DNA from: Escherichia phage HY01
Sequence record: NC_027349.1
Reading direction: 5' to 3' (one strand)
DNA length: 64,000 bases
The notes beneath the pieces are model-generated. The model made no database searches. It worked only from the letters and a program-made list of their open reading frames with translations, and had not been told where the DNA came from. Within the stretch, counting starts at the first letter, position 1. Every line of letters starts with the position of its first letter. The translations under genes were made by a program, and so were the position numbers. Of the stretch, positions 44,868-55,500 are shown piece after piece.

Positions 44868-45084
44868 ATTGTTTTTCCGTTAAAACAGTAATATCATAAT
44901 AACAATCTGAAGAAGTTTTAACCGTAGAAATTTTATTATCAAAATACTCACGAGTCATTTTATGAGTATAATATTTTTTGCCATAAATTATAATAGGCTG
45001 ATTTGGTCCTGGAACTTCTAACTCGCTTGGGTTAGGAAGTGTAAAAAGAACTACACCAGAAGTATCTTTAAATCGTAAAATCAT
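44821..45084 (-). CDS. Hypothetical protein, 87 aa
   Basis: ORF; overlaps next ORF by 47 nt. Confidence 0.4.
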   Translation of the reverse strand: MILRFKDTSGVVLFTLPNPSELEVPGPNQPIIIYGKKYYTHKMTREYFDNKISTVKTSSDCYYDITVLTEKQYDELSPRGPSMPSSE

Positions 45085-45107
45085 ATATCCTCACAATTAA
45101 TAATTAA

Positions 45108-45968
45108 TTACACCGCCATTTTTCCTTTAATAGGAGGGTGAGATACATAGTTGTTAAGAACAAAATTATGCGGCTTTGCGAATTGACTCAACCAAAATAC
45201 CTGTGATTCTGTGTCCCATTCATCAAATTCATCTGGAAATTTTAATTGTAATTCGCATAAATCCATAGGTTCACGACGTAAAATTTCTTTACATTGTTCT
45301 ACGTGATTCATATAGATATGAGTATTACCACCAGAAAATATCAAATCTCCTGGAATAAGATTACACATCTTAGCTACAATATGAACTAATGCAGCATATG
45401 ATGCAATGTTGAATGGCAAGCCCAAGAACACGTCAACACTTCTTTGATACCACTGCAAATCCAAATAGCCATTACGCACATTAAACTGATAGAACATATG
45501 ACAAGGCGGTAATGCCATATATTTAAGTTCAGCTGGATTCCATGCAGAAACAATTTGACGCCTATCATTCGGCAGTTTTTTAATACGATCAATAACTTCT
45601 ATAATTTGGTCTACACCGCCAAAATCACGCCATTGTTTTCCATAAATTGGACCAAGTTCACCACTATGATATCCTAAATCTTTTGCTTGATTTTCGTAAT
45701 TTTCATCCCAGACTGTTTTGCCTTGAATTAATGAATCATGTTGAATTAATCGTAAATCATTGACATTTGTGCTTCCCGATAAAAACCATATTAGCTCAGC
45801 AATGCAAGCTTTCCAGGCGAGCTTCTTAGTTGTTACTGCAGGAAAACCTTTAGTTAAATCCCAGCGTAATTTAGTACCGAACAAAGCAATTGTTCCTGTG
45901 CCCGTTCGGTCATCGGTTTCATAGCCATTTTCAAAAATGTCTTTAATTAAATCTTGGTATTGTTTCAT
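45108..45968 (-). CDS. td: Thymidylate synthase, uninterrupted (286 aa)
   Basis: Conserved TS motifs (PCH, catalytic Cys region); contiguous, no intron. Confidence 0.9.
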   Translation of the reverse strand: MKQYQDLIKDIFENGYETDDRTGTGTIALFGTKLRWDLTKGFPAVTTKKLAWKACIAELIWFLSGSTNVNDLRLIQHDSLIQGKTVWDENYENQAKDLGYHSGELGPIYGKQWRDFGGVDQIIEVIDRIKKLPNDRRQIVSAWNPAELKYMALPPCHMFYQFNVRNGYLDLQWYQRSVDVFLGLPFNIASYAALVHIVAKMCNLIPGDLIFSGGNTHIYMNHVEQCKEILRREPMDLCELQLKFPDEFDEWDTESQVFWLSQFAKPHNFVLNNYVSHPPIKGKMAV

Positions 45969-46013
45969 TTAGTACCTTATATAAATTATAATACATTTTA
46001 TGAAGCTAAATAA

Positions 46014-46361
46014 TCAATACGGTTTAGCATCAAATTTTCTTTCAATTTCAGGCGTGAAATATAATTCTTTACCACGCTTGGAAAAGCGACCAATAATATG
46101 ATAATTATTCTCATCAAACGTGATATTGCCAATATCCATAGCTTTCAACCAAATATCGATATTTCTATCCAGTTTTATATCAAAATTCCAATACGGAGAA
46201 CTATTACCGAAAATACTGCAAGCGGATTCAGTGAAACAACTGCTATAAATCTTGTCTTTAGGAACTACTAATTGATAGACGCCTTTAATAAACTGAGGAC
46301 CCTGCCATTTTGGCTGTTTCGCGCCTTTTTCTAATAGAATAGGGTAATAATTAAAGTTCAT
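46014..46361 (-). CDS. Hypothetical protein, 115 aa, between frd and td
   Basis: ORF filling a 414-bp frd-td spacer. Confidence 0.5.
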   Translation of the reverse strand: MNFNYYPILLEKGAKQPKWQGPQFIKGVYQLVVPKDKIYSSCFTESACSIFGNSSPYWNFDIKLDRNIDIWLKAMDIGNITFDENNYHIIGRFSKRGKELYFTPEIERKFDAKPY

Positions 46362-46381
46362 ATTTTCTGCCGCGCGTTATT

Positions 46382-46969
<588 letters not shown>

Positions 46970-47224
46970 TCAAAACCCCCTTTCAATAAACCATTCAGTG
47001 GCTTTATTAGCATCAAAGAATAATTCTTCATATGTCTTTTCTTTGTTTTCAAAAACTGTCACACAAACACGTTGACAGTCTCCGCAGTATTCTTCTGACA
47101 TGCTCAAAGCGTCAGAAAACATTTCATTAAATTCATTTAAATCAGGATTATGTAATGCATTAAAAATTGCATAATCGAATTCATCATTCATAAATTCAAA
47201 TACAAAAATCATATTACCTCCCAC
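46970..47224 (-). CDS. Hypothetical protein, 84 aa
   Basis: ORF. Confidence 0.45.
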   Translation of the reverse strand: MGGNMIFVFEFMNDEFDYAIFNALHNPDLNEFNEMFSDALSMSEEYCGDCQRVCVTVFENKEKTYEELFFDANKATEWFIERGF

Positions 47225-47568
47225 TGAAAAGGGTCAGAAGCATATCCGCTAGCTTTAATCATTTTAACTAAAGTTACCATGCCTTTGTTAACTGCTTGCG
47301 CAATTTCATTAAAAACTTCATCACTATCATCGTAAAGGTCATTAAAAAGTTCTAACACGTTCTTCTGAACTTTTAATTTACGGCCGACAATTTCGCCTAC
47401 AGTAAATTCGTTTCCGCCAAATCCAGCGTAAAATGTAATTACACCCATTAACTGGCTTTCGCGAGAATCTATGTCATGTGATAAATTAATAAAAGCCGTC
47501 CCAGGCGCGGTTTTAAGTCGACAACGAATTCTTACTTGGATAATTCCAGTTATATGAATGTCAGACAT
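47209..47568 (-). CDS. Hypothetical protein, 119 aa
   Basis: ORF. Confidence 0.45.
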   Translation of the reverse strand: MSDIHITGIIQVRIRCRLKTAPGTAFINLSHDIDSRESQLMGVITFYAGFGGNEFTVGEIVGRKLKVQKNVLELFNDLYDDSDEVFNEIAQAVNKGMVTLVKMIKASGYASDPFQWEVI

Positions 47569-47578
47569 AATATTTTCC

Positions 47579-47821
47579 TCAAACAGACTTTTTCACAATT
47601 TTCCAATCAGCTTTAAACTGTTCAACGTCAGAATGATAAATCCAAAATCCTGCGCTTTCTCCATCCTCATAAAGAGGGCATCCATCGCATTCATCTTCCC
47701 ATCCCATATCACGTAAAAGATGTTCAGCTTTTTCAACAAGTTCAGAATCTTTACCAATGATATTAAAATACCATTTACCTCTAACTTCTGAATCTTTAAT
47801 GCTCTGGCGTTGTAATCTCAT
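47579..47821 (-). CDS. Hypothetical protein, 80 aa
   Basis: ORF with GGAG SD and early-type promoter upstream. Confidence 0.45.
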   Translation of the reverse strand: MRLQRQSIKDSEVRGKWYFNIIGKDSELVEKAEHLLRDMGWEDECDGCPLYEDGESAGFWIYHSDVEQFKADWKIVKKSV

Positions 47822-47875
47822 TTTATTCTCCTTAGTTGATAGGGTAATAGTATCACACTACTACCCTGTTGTAAA

Positions 47876-48277
47876 CTACTTTTTGAAAGTTTTTCGCAAA
47901 AGTTCAATGATTTCATCTACATTGTTTTCGTCTACAATGCAGTGAATTTTTGTTACGCCAGAAATCTTGTCTTCGACTTCATCTTCTTCAGAAGTCGGTT
48001 CTTTATACTCGCGGAAACAATAAAACTCTTCTTCACTAAGTTCAAAATAATCATCACCCATGCCATCATCATTATAGATTTCGCCATTAGCACAAATGAT
48101 TTCAGTTACATAATCAAAGCCATCTAAATTTGATATTGATTTAACTTCAAACCAACCACCATTTTCTTGAATGATGCCGACCATATTAGCATTTGATGAA
48201 CTAATATCAATGAAAGATTTAATACGATGTGGATTTAACTCATATTTTTTGCCGATTTCCATTTTGATTTTCCTCAT
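47876..48277 (-). CDS. Hypothetical protein, 133 aa
   Basis: ORF. Confidence 0.45.
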   Translation of the reverse strand: MRKIKMEIGKKYELNPHRIKSFIDISSSNANMVGIIQENGGWFEVKSISNLDGFDYVTEIICANGEIYNDDGMGDDYFELSEEEFYCFREYKEPTSEEDEVEDKISGVTKIHCIVDENNVDEIIELLRKTFKK

Positions 48278-48307
48278 TTTGATAGGGGCTTGATAGCCCC
48301 TTAATAA

Positions 48308-48556
48308 TTATTGTTCAATCAGTCCCATGTAAAATTCTACATCTTCAGAATCCATACCATCACAATATTCATTAGCCATAAAGCGGGTGAGGTCTTCAAG
48401 AGGGCCTTCAATAACGATTTGAATACTCCAAAACTTAGAATCTTGCACGCTTGTGATACTAAGTTCAGGATAATGATTACGAATAATTTCTTCAATATAT
48501 TCAAAATCAACGATGTCAATATCAACTTTAGCCATATTGTTTTCCTCTTTAATCAT
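48308..48556 (-). CDS. Hypothetical acidic protein, 82 aa
   Basis: ORF with early-type promoter upstream. Confidence 0.45.
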   Translation of the reverse strand: MIKEENNMAKVDIDIVDFEYIEEIIRNHYPELSITSVQDSKFWSIQIVIEGPLEDLTRFMANEYCDGMDSEDVEFYMGLIEQ

Positions 48557-48619
48557 CAGCAGTATTGCCGATAGTTGTATAGTACCATAGTCCTTGTGGT
48601 ATGTAAACTGTTTTGTGAA

Positions 48620-48647
48620 AAAATTTTAAAATAAAAAAGGGGACCTC
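48620..48647 (-). terminator. Terminator after gene 32
   Basis: GGGGACCC-TAGA-GGTCCCC hairpin followed by TTTTTTATTTT on minus strand. Confidence 0.65.
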
Positions 48648-48679
48648 TAGGGTCCCCAATTAATTAGTAATATAATCTA

Positions 48680-49588
48680 TTAAAGGTCATTCAAAAGGTC
48701 ATCCAGGTCCGTGTCATCAGCACTAGATGAACTGCCAGAGCTTGAGCTCATAAAATCATCTTCAGTTTTTGTTTTGAAGTCATCAACATTAAATGCATCC
48801 AAATCATCAGCAACTTTATCGGCTTTCTTAGCGGCAGTTGCTGCGGCACCACCCATAGCAGCAGTTCCCATAACTTGACTGAACTTAGTGCTCAGTTCTT
48901 CAAACGATTTGAATTTATCTTTAGAAGTCATTTCAGAAAGGTCAACCATTTGTTCGAACAGTTCTTTCTGGAAAGATTCATCATCAATGTTTGGAATCGC
49001 AGATTGATTCAGGAATTTAGATTCGTCGTAGTTACTAAAACCAGAAACTTGTTTAACTTTCAGTACAAAGTTAGCACCTTCCCACGGACAAGTTACATCA
49101 ACCGGAGTTTCACCCATTTCAACATCAACTGCAATCATTGCATTGATTTTATCCCAGATTTTCTTACCGAAACGGTATTTAAATACTTTACCTTCATTTT
49201 CTGGAGCAGCTGGGTCTTTTACTACAAGAATGTTAGCCCAGTAAGAAGTTTTACGTTTAACAAGACCGTACTCTTTATTGTCAGTATTATACAAATCATT
49301 TTTACTGATGTACTGACATACTGGGCAAGAATCGTAATCACCGTAGGTAGATGAGCATGTTTCGATATACCATTTACCATTTTTCTTGAAACCGTGATTT
49401 ACAAGAAGTGCGAATGGTGCTTGTTCATCATTTTTAGACGGAAGAAAACGAATTACTGCTTGACCGTTACCCGCATTATCGAGTTTCAGTTTCCACTCGC
49501 CTTTATCTTCAGAAGAAAAACCACCTTTATTTCCAGCCAGTTTAGCCATTTGTGCAGCGAGTTCAGCAGTAGATTTACGTTTAAACAT
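48680..49588 (-). CDS. 32: Single-stranded DNA-binding protein gp32 (302 aa)
   Basis: Sequence as T4 gp32; acidic C-terminal tail; autoregulatory leader upstream. Confidence 0.95.
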   Translation of the reverse strand: MFKRKSTAELAAQMAKLAGNKGGFSSEDKGEWKLKLDNAGNGQAVIRFLPSKNDEQAPFALLVNHGFKKNGKWYIETCSSTYGDYDSCPVCQYISKNDLYNTDNKEYGLVKRKTSYWANILVVKDPAAPENEGKVFKYRFGKKIWDKINAMIAVDVEMGETPVDVTCPWEGANFVLKVKQVSGFSNYDESKFLNQSAIPNIDDESFQKELFEQMVDLSEMTSKDKFKSFEELSTKFSQVMGTAAMGGAAATAAKKADKVADDLDAFNVDDFKTKTEDDFMSSSSGSSSSADDTDLDDLLNDL

Positions 49589-49625
49589 TTTTATTTCCTT
49601 TTTAATTTAATTAACAGTTGGTGCT
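49589..49625 (-). promoter_or_regulatory. gene 32 autoregulatory translational operator (AU-rich unstructured leader)
   Basis: Minus-strand TTAATTAAATTAAAAAGGAAATAAA immediately before ATG, as in T4 gene 32 leader. Confidence 0.6.
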
Positions 49626-49638
49626 ATGACACTTTACC

Positions 49639-50271
49639 TCATAGCTGGCATAATTCACAATACTCTGGGTCTTCGAGAGGTATCCAACCTGAGTTGAAAT
49701 ACTTTACCATCGATTTAGCAGTTGTATCAGTTATATTTATATTACCTTTAACTCTTCGCCATCCAGGAGTTTTACCGTACAGATTAGAGGATAATAATAA
49801 CACATAATTCTCGTAAGCAATATGAGATAATTTCCAAGACTCTATATTAGCTCGTGATGTTTTCCAAGGTCTAAAATCGTCACGGTTCATATAATTAGCC
49901 AATCTCATATGCTCTCTAACTTCCGGGTCTTTGGCTGGATGAGTTTCACCACTCACACCAAATCCGCCGCCAGCATATACCAGATTAAAATAGTCTGGAT
50001 TATCTCTGGCATTTACTTCAAGTTGGTATTTTCGCTCTGCTTCAATAACATCCAAATCATCATCAATTTGAATTATTTTAACGCTCGGTTTTTGAAGCAT
50101 TACCGCATTTAAAAATCTTTTTTGTTTACACGAACTCCAGTATTCCTTTCCGGAAGAGTCATATATTATTCCATTCTCAAATGAGCAATTTAATTTACTG
50201 CCGATATAGTAGTACGGCGGAGTCTTATTTTTGACACGGTCTTCAAATGTAAACCAATATACTATATTCAT
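49639..50271 (-). CDS. GIY-YIG homing endonuclease, Seg-like (210 aa)
   Basis: N-terminal IVY...YYIGS and ERKYQLEVNARDN resembling I-TevI/Seg catalytic motifs; sits where T4 segG lies. Confidence 0.6.
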   Translation of the reverse strand: MNIVYWFTFEDRVKNKTPPYYYIGSKLNCSFENGIIYDSSGKEYWSSCKQKRFLNAVMLQKPSVKIIQIDDDLDVIEAERKYQLEVNARDNPDYFNLVYAGGGFGVSGETHPAKDPEVREHMRLANYMNRDDFRPWKTSRANIESWKLSHIAYENYVLLLSSNLYGKTPGWRRVKGNINITDTTAKSMVKYFNSGWIPLEDPEYCELCQL

Positions 50272-50272
50272 A

Positions 50273-50926
50273 TTAATACTTACAGGATTTCACAGTTTCA
50301 ATGAAAACACTTTTAGCTTTCTGTGAATCAATATTTAAAATTTTTCTATAAGCTTTTAACTTTATAGAATAATTATTCCAGACTAAATTATCAGTCTGTT
50401 CATCATGTTTATCAATTATATTTAAAAACGAATCAAGCAAGATAAACGTCTCAAACGAAATTATATTCGATTGAAGTAGTTTAAAAATATAACTTGATTG
50501 AACTTTTGGATTATACTCAAAGATTTCTTTAAAAGCAGAAACTTCAACTTTTTTACTAAAATAATAAATGTTGCGAATATCTTCTTCAAACTTAAATTTA
50601 ATTTGCTTTAAGCGTCCGATATATTCACGATAAAACACAAGTGCATCAGCGTCAGAGATGTCACCAATCCAAGCATCTTGGTTAGCAACAAGATTGCTTA
50701 TAAAGATTAAAGCAAGTTCCTTTAATTTATATTTTTCTGATAACTTCTGGAAAAAATACTTATCCCTTCGCTTTTGATAAGCGGCATCAGACACCCGCAT
50801 GCACCAATTATACTTAATTACATCATACTTTCCATTCATATGTTGTTTTATCATTAAGTATAATTTATAAACTGATTTACCATCAATGTATCTTTCACCA
50901 CCAGCAGGCATGCGGAGTTTAATCAT
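50273..50926 (-). CDS. 59: gp59 helicase loader (217 aa)
   Basis: Sequence as T4 gp59. Confidence 0.85.
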   Translation of the reverse strand: MIKLRMPAGGERYIDGKSVYKLYLMIKQHMNGKYDVIKYNWCMRVSDAAYQKRRDKYFFQKLSEKYKLKELALIFISNLVANQDAWIGDISDADALVFYREYIGRLKQIKFKFEEDIRNIYYFSKKVEVSAFKEIFEYNPKVQSSYIFKLLQSNIISFETFILLDSFLNIIDKHDEQTDNLVWNNYSIKLKAYRKILNIDSQKAKSVFIETVKSCKY

Positions 50927-51270
50927 AGTAGAAAATCTAATGTATTAGTTTTTTCACAACGAACAACAGAAGGACGTAAAAGATTTTCGTCAATAGCTTC
51001 TGACTGAATTTTTTCAATTATACCCGAAGGAATAAATTTAGCAAATTGAGTTTCAGGAATAGAATTTTCTTCTAAGAATGCTGTTGTAGCTTCAAGATAA
51101 CTCATTCCAAACTCTTCTACCATTTTTTCAATGATAAATCCATTTTCTTGACGATCAAGAAGCTTTGCAATTTCATCCTTTTCTTTCTTAATTGAAAGTT
51201 CTTTTTCTGAAAGACCGGTCTCATCGACCGGACGAATATCATTTAGAGAAAACTGTGTCATAAAGTTCAA
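50923..51270 (-). CDS. 33: gp33 late transcription co-activator (115 aa)
   Basis: Size/position as T4 gp33. Confidence 0.75.
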   Translation of the reverse strand: MNFMTQFSLNDIRPVDETGLSEKELSIKKEKDEIAKLLDRQENGFIIEKMVEEFGMSYLEATTAFLEENSIPETQFAKFIPSGIIEKIQSEAIDENLLRPSVVRCEKTNTLDFLL

Positions 51271-51508
51271 CTACCTCTTCGGTTTCAGCTTCAAACACAT
51301 CACGGTTATCTTTATGATACAAAGCTAACAGACGATTAAACATCTTTCCATCAACACCAAGTTCATCTTTGGCGCGAATTCGAATATCTTTAATCAATTC
51401 ATTATAACCAGAAATTTTCAGTTTATGATCAGATGCTTCTTTGATAAATTTAGCTAAGTCTTCGCCATGGATAGCTTCATCAAATTCAACCATTTCTTTT
51501 TTAGCCAT
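51239..51508 (-). CDS. dsbA: DsbA double-stranded DNA-binding protein (89 aa)
   Basis: Size/position as T4 DsbA. Confidence 0.7.
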   Translation of the reverse strand: MAKKEMVEFDEAIHGEDLAKFIKEASDHKLKISGYNELIKDIRIRAKDELGVDGKMFNRLLALYHKDNRDVFEAETEEVVELYDTVFSK

Positions 51509-51516
51509 TATTCACC

Positions 51517-52434
51517 TCAAAATTCATTAATGCTATTAGTTAATTTAGAAAGACCCGCTTTTACAAAATATGAATAAATTTTGCCACGCGGTGGTAATTT
51601 ATATGAATTATAGTAATTCACAATGTTTGAAGCAATATTATCAGGAATATAATCAAAATCAATTAGAACTAAATTTTCTTTATATCGATTATATTCAGAT
51701 TCAGTGAGAAGCACCTTAGCTTGCTCACGGTCATTAGCAATAGCTTCAACAATAGATGTTTTCATTGAAGGAGTTCGTTCACCTTCAACTCTGGTAAACC
51801 AAAAGTCAGATCGTACTTTAACTGAAGCGACGTTATCCTTTTTATCACCTTTAAGAATTTTAGTCATACAGTCAATTTCAGCAGAACCGCTTTTAATTTT
51901 AACCCATTTCTTGTGCATCGGTGACCATTGCTTAACATTTGGGTATTTGTGAAGTTGAGTAAAGTCACCATCCGACGAAATGATTAAAATCTTATGTCCT
52001 TCTAAAGAGAACTTTTTAACAAGAACAGCAATGTGGTCATCTGCTTCATACTTATCAATATCCATAACAATGTATGGCATATAAGCTTTCAATTCATCTA
52101 TAACTTTATGGCTGGATTCAAAATAACCTTCCCAGTCCCAAGTAGATTCTTCTCGTGCTTTTCCACGGTTTTTCTTATAGTAATAAGCGAAATCACGGCG
52201 CCAATATCCTGATTTTGCGTTATCGATACACAGTACAATTTTAGTGTATCCAAGAGTTTTTGCTTTTTTGACATTAAACTTAATTGAGTTCAATATCAAA
52301 TGACGAACCATTGATAAATTAATTTTTTCTTTATCTGGAAAGTTTACTAGAGCAGTCGAAAGTGCAATTTGACTAAAGTCAATTAAGCAAATTCCTTCTT
52401 TGTAATCTTCATCCAGCATCATTTCTAAATCCAT
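51517..52434 (-). CDS. rnh: RNase H / 5'-3' exonuclease (305 aa from ATG 52434; track ORF extended to 52449)
   Basis: FEN-family acidic motifs; matches T4 RNase H (MDLEMMLDEDYKEG...). Confidence 0.85.
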   Translation of the reverse strand: MDLEMMLDEDYKEGICLIDFSQIALSTALVNFPDKEKINLSMVRHLILNSIKFNVKKAKTLGYTKIVLCIDNAKSGYWRRDFAYYYKKNRGKAREESTWDWEGYFESSHKVIDELKAYMPYIVMDIDKYEADDHIAVLVKKFSLEGHKILIISSDGDFTQLHKYPNVKQWSPMHKKWVKIKSGSAEIDCMTKILKGDKKDNVASVKVRSDFWFTRVEGERTPSMKTSIVEAIANDREQAKVLLTESEYNRYKENLVLIDFDYIPDNIASNIVNYYNSYKLPPRGKIYSYFVKAGLSKLTNSINEF

Positions 52435-52463
52435 ATGAACCTCGTTCAATTAGTGAGATTTCT

Positions 52464-52493
52464 ATTATATACTATCCAAATCTTAAAGTAAAC
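52464..52493 (-). promoter_or_regulatory. Early-type promoter for rnh (-35 GTTTAC, -10 TATAAT)
   Basis: Minus-strand GTTTACTTTAAGATTTGGATAGTATATAAT. Confidence 0.45.
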
Positions 52494-52496
52494 AAG

Positions 52497-52504
52497 TATA
52501 AATA
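52497..52504 (+). promoter_or_regulatory. Late promoter TATAAATA for gene 34
   Basis: Exact octamer 35 nt before ATG 52539. Confidence 0.55.
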
Positions 52505-52538
52505 CTTATTATTGAAAACACAATAGGAGCCCGGGAGA

Positions 52539-55500
52539 ATGGCCGAGATTAAAAGAAAGTTCAGAGCAGAAGATGGTCTGGACGCAGGTGGCGATAAAAT
52601 AATCAACGTAGCTTTAGCTGATCGTGCCGTAGGAACTGACGGTGTTAACGTTGATTACCTAATTCAAGAAAACACAGTTCAACAATATGATCCAACTCGT
52701 GGATATTTAAAAGATTTTGTAATCATTTATGATAACCGCTTTTGGGCTGCTATAAATGATATTCCAAAACCAGCAGGAGCTTTTAATAGTGTACGCTGGA
52801 GAGCATTACGTACTGATGCTAATTGGACAACTGTTTCATCAGGACCTTATCAATTAAAGTCAGGCGAATCAATTTCAGTTGATACTGCAGCTGGTAATGA
52901 CATTACATTTACTTTGCCATCTTCTCCAATTGATGGAGATACTATCGTTCTTCAAGATATTGGTGGAAAACCTGGTGTTAACCAAGTTTTAATTGTAGCT
53001 CCAGTGCAAAGTATTGTAAACTTCAGAGGCGAACAAGTACGTTCAGTACTAATGACTCATCCAAAATCGCAGATAGTTTTAATTTTTAGTAATCGTCTGT
53101 GGCAAATGTATGTTGCTGATTATAGCAGAGAAGCTGTGGTTGTGACGCCGGCAAGTCTTTATCAAGCGCAATCTAACGATTTTATCGTGCGCAGATTTAC
53201 TTCAGCCGCGGCGATTAATATTAAACTTCCGAGATTTGCTAATCACGGCGATATTATTAATTTCGTCGATTTGGACAAATTAAATCCACTTTATCATACA
53301 ATTGTTACTACATACGATGAAACGACTTCAGTACAAGAAGTTGGAACTCATTCCATTGAAGGCCGTACATCGATTGATGGTTTCTTAATGTATGATGATA
53401 ATGAAAAATTGTGGAGATTGTTTGACGGGGATAGTAAAGCACGTTTACGTATTATAACAACTAATTCAAATATTCGTCCAAATGAAGAAGTTATGGTATT
53501 TGGAGCGAATAACGGAACAACTCAAACAATTGAACTTCAGCTTCCAACCGATATTTCCACTGGTGATACTGTTAAAATTTCCATGAATTATATGAGAAAA
53601 GGACAAACAGTTAAAATCAAAGCTGCCGGTGAAGATAAAATTGCTTCTTCAGTTCAATTGCTGCAATTCCCAAAACGTTCAGAATATCCACCTGAAGCTG
53701 AATGGGTGACTGCACAGGAATTAGTTTTTAACGGTGAAACTAATTATGTTCCAGTTTTACAACTTGCTTATATCGAAGATTCTGACGGAAAATACTGGGT
53801 TGTACAGCAAAACGTTCCAACAGTTGAAAGAGTCGATTCTTTAAATAATTCTACTAGAGCAAGATTAGGCGTAATTGCTTTAGCTACACAAGCTCAAGCT
53901 AACGTCGATTTAGAAAATTCTCCACAAAAAGAATTAGCAATTACCCCAGAAACATTAGCTAACCGTACTGCTACAGAAACTCGTAGAGGTATCGCAAGAA
54001 TAGCAACTACCGCCCAAGTGAATCAGGATACTACATTCTCTTTTGCTGACGATATTATCATCACTCCTAAAAAGCTGAATGAAAGAACTGCTACAGAAAC
54101 TCGTAGAGGTGTTGCTGAAATTGCTACGCAACAAGAAACTAATACAGGTACTGATGATACTACGATCATCACTCCTAAAAAGCTTCAAGCTCGTCAGGGT
54201 TCTGAATCATTATCTGGTATTGTAACCTTTGTATCTACCGCAGGAGCTACTCCAGCTTCTAGTCGTGAATTAAATGGTACAAATGTTTACAATAAAAACA
54301 CTAATAATTTAGTTGTTTCGCCTAAAGCTCTGGATCAGTATAAAGCTACTCCAACACAACAAGGCGCAGTAATTTTAGCAGTTGAAAGTGAAGTAATTGC
54401 TGGACAGAGCCAAGAAGGATGGGCAAATGCGGTTGTAACACCAGAAACGTTACATAAAAAGACATCAACTGATGGAAGAATTGGTTTAATTGAAATTGCT
54501 ACGCAAAGTGAAGTTAATACAGGAACTGATTATACTCGCGCAGTCACTCCTAAAACTTTAAATGACCGTAAAGCAACTGAAAGTTTAAGTGGTATAGCTG
54601 AAATTGCTACGCAAGTTGAATTCGACGCAGGCGTCGACGATACTCGTATCTCTACACCATTAAAAATTAAAACCAGATTTAATAGTACTGATCGTACTTC
54701 TGTTGTTGCTCTATCTGGATTAGTTGAATCAGGAACTCTCTGGGACCATTATACCCTTAATATTCTTGAAGCAAATGAGACTCAGCGTGGTACACTTCGT
54801 GTAGCTACACAAGTTGAAGCTGCTGCAGGAACATTAGATAATGTTTTAATAACTCCTAAAAAGCTTTTAGGTACTAAATCTACTGAAGCACAGGAAGGTG
54901 TTATTAAAGTTGCAACTCAGTCTGAAACTGTAGTTGGAACGTCAGCAAATACTGCTGTATCTCCAAAAAATTTAAAATGGATTGTACAGAGTGAACCTAC
55001 TTGGGCAGCTACTACTCTGGTAAGAGGTTTTGTTAAAACTTCATCTGGTTCAATTACATTCGTTGGTAATGATACAGTTGGTTCAACACAGTCATTAGAA
55101 TTATACGAGAAAAATAGCTATGCAGTATCACCATATGAATTAAACCGTGTATTAGCAAATTATTTGCCGTTAAAAGCAAAAGCCGTAGATAGTAATTTAC
55201 TGGATGGTCTAGATTCATCTCAGTTCATTCGTAGGGATATTGCACAAACGGTTAATGGTTCACTAACCTTAACCCAACAAACGAATCTGAGTGCCCCTCT
55301 TGTATCATCTAGTACTGCTACGTTTGGTGGATCAGTTTCAGCAAATAGTACACTAACCATTTCTAATACTGATGGAACAGCAACTCGTCTGATTTTTGAG
55401 AAAGGACCTCAAACTGGAACGAACCCGGCTCAAACGATGACAGTCAGCGTGTGGGGGAATCAATTTAGTGGGGAATCAAACACAACACGTTCTACCGTAT

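Noticed and set aside
53967-54185. CRISPR-like or other non-coding repeat array
   Set aside because: The repeats are in frame within gene 34 and encode repeated protein units; no spacer/repeat architecture or cas genes
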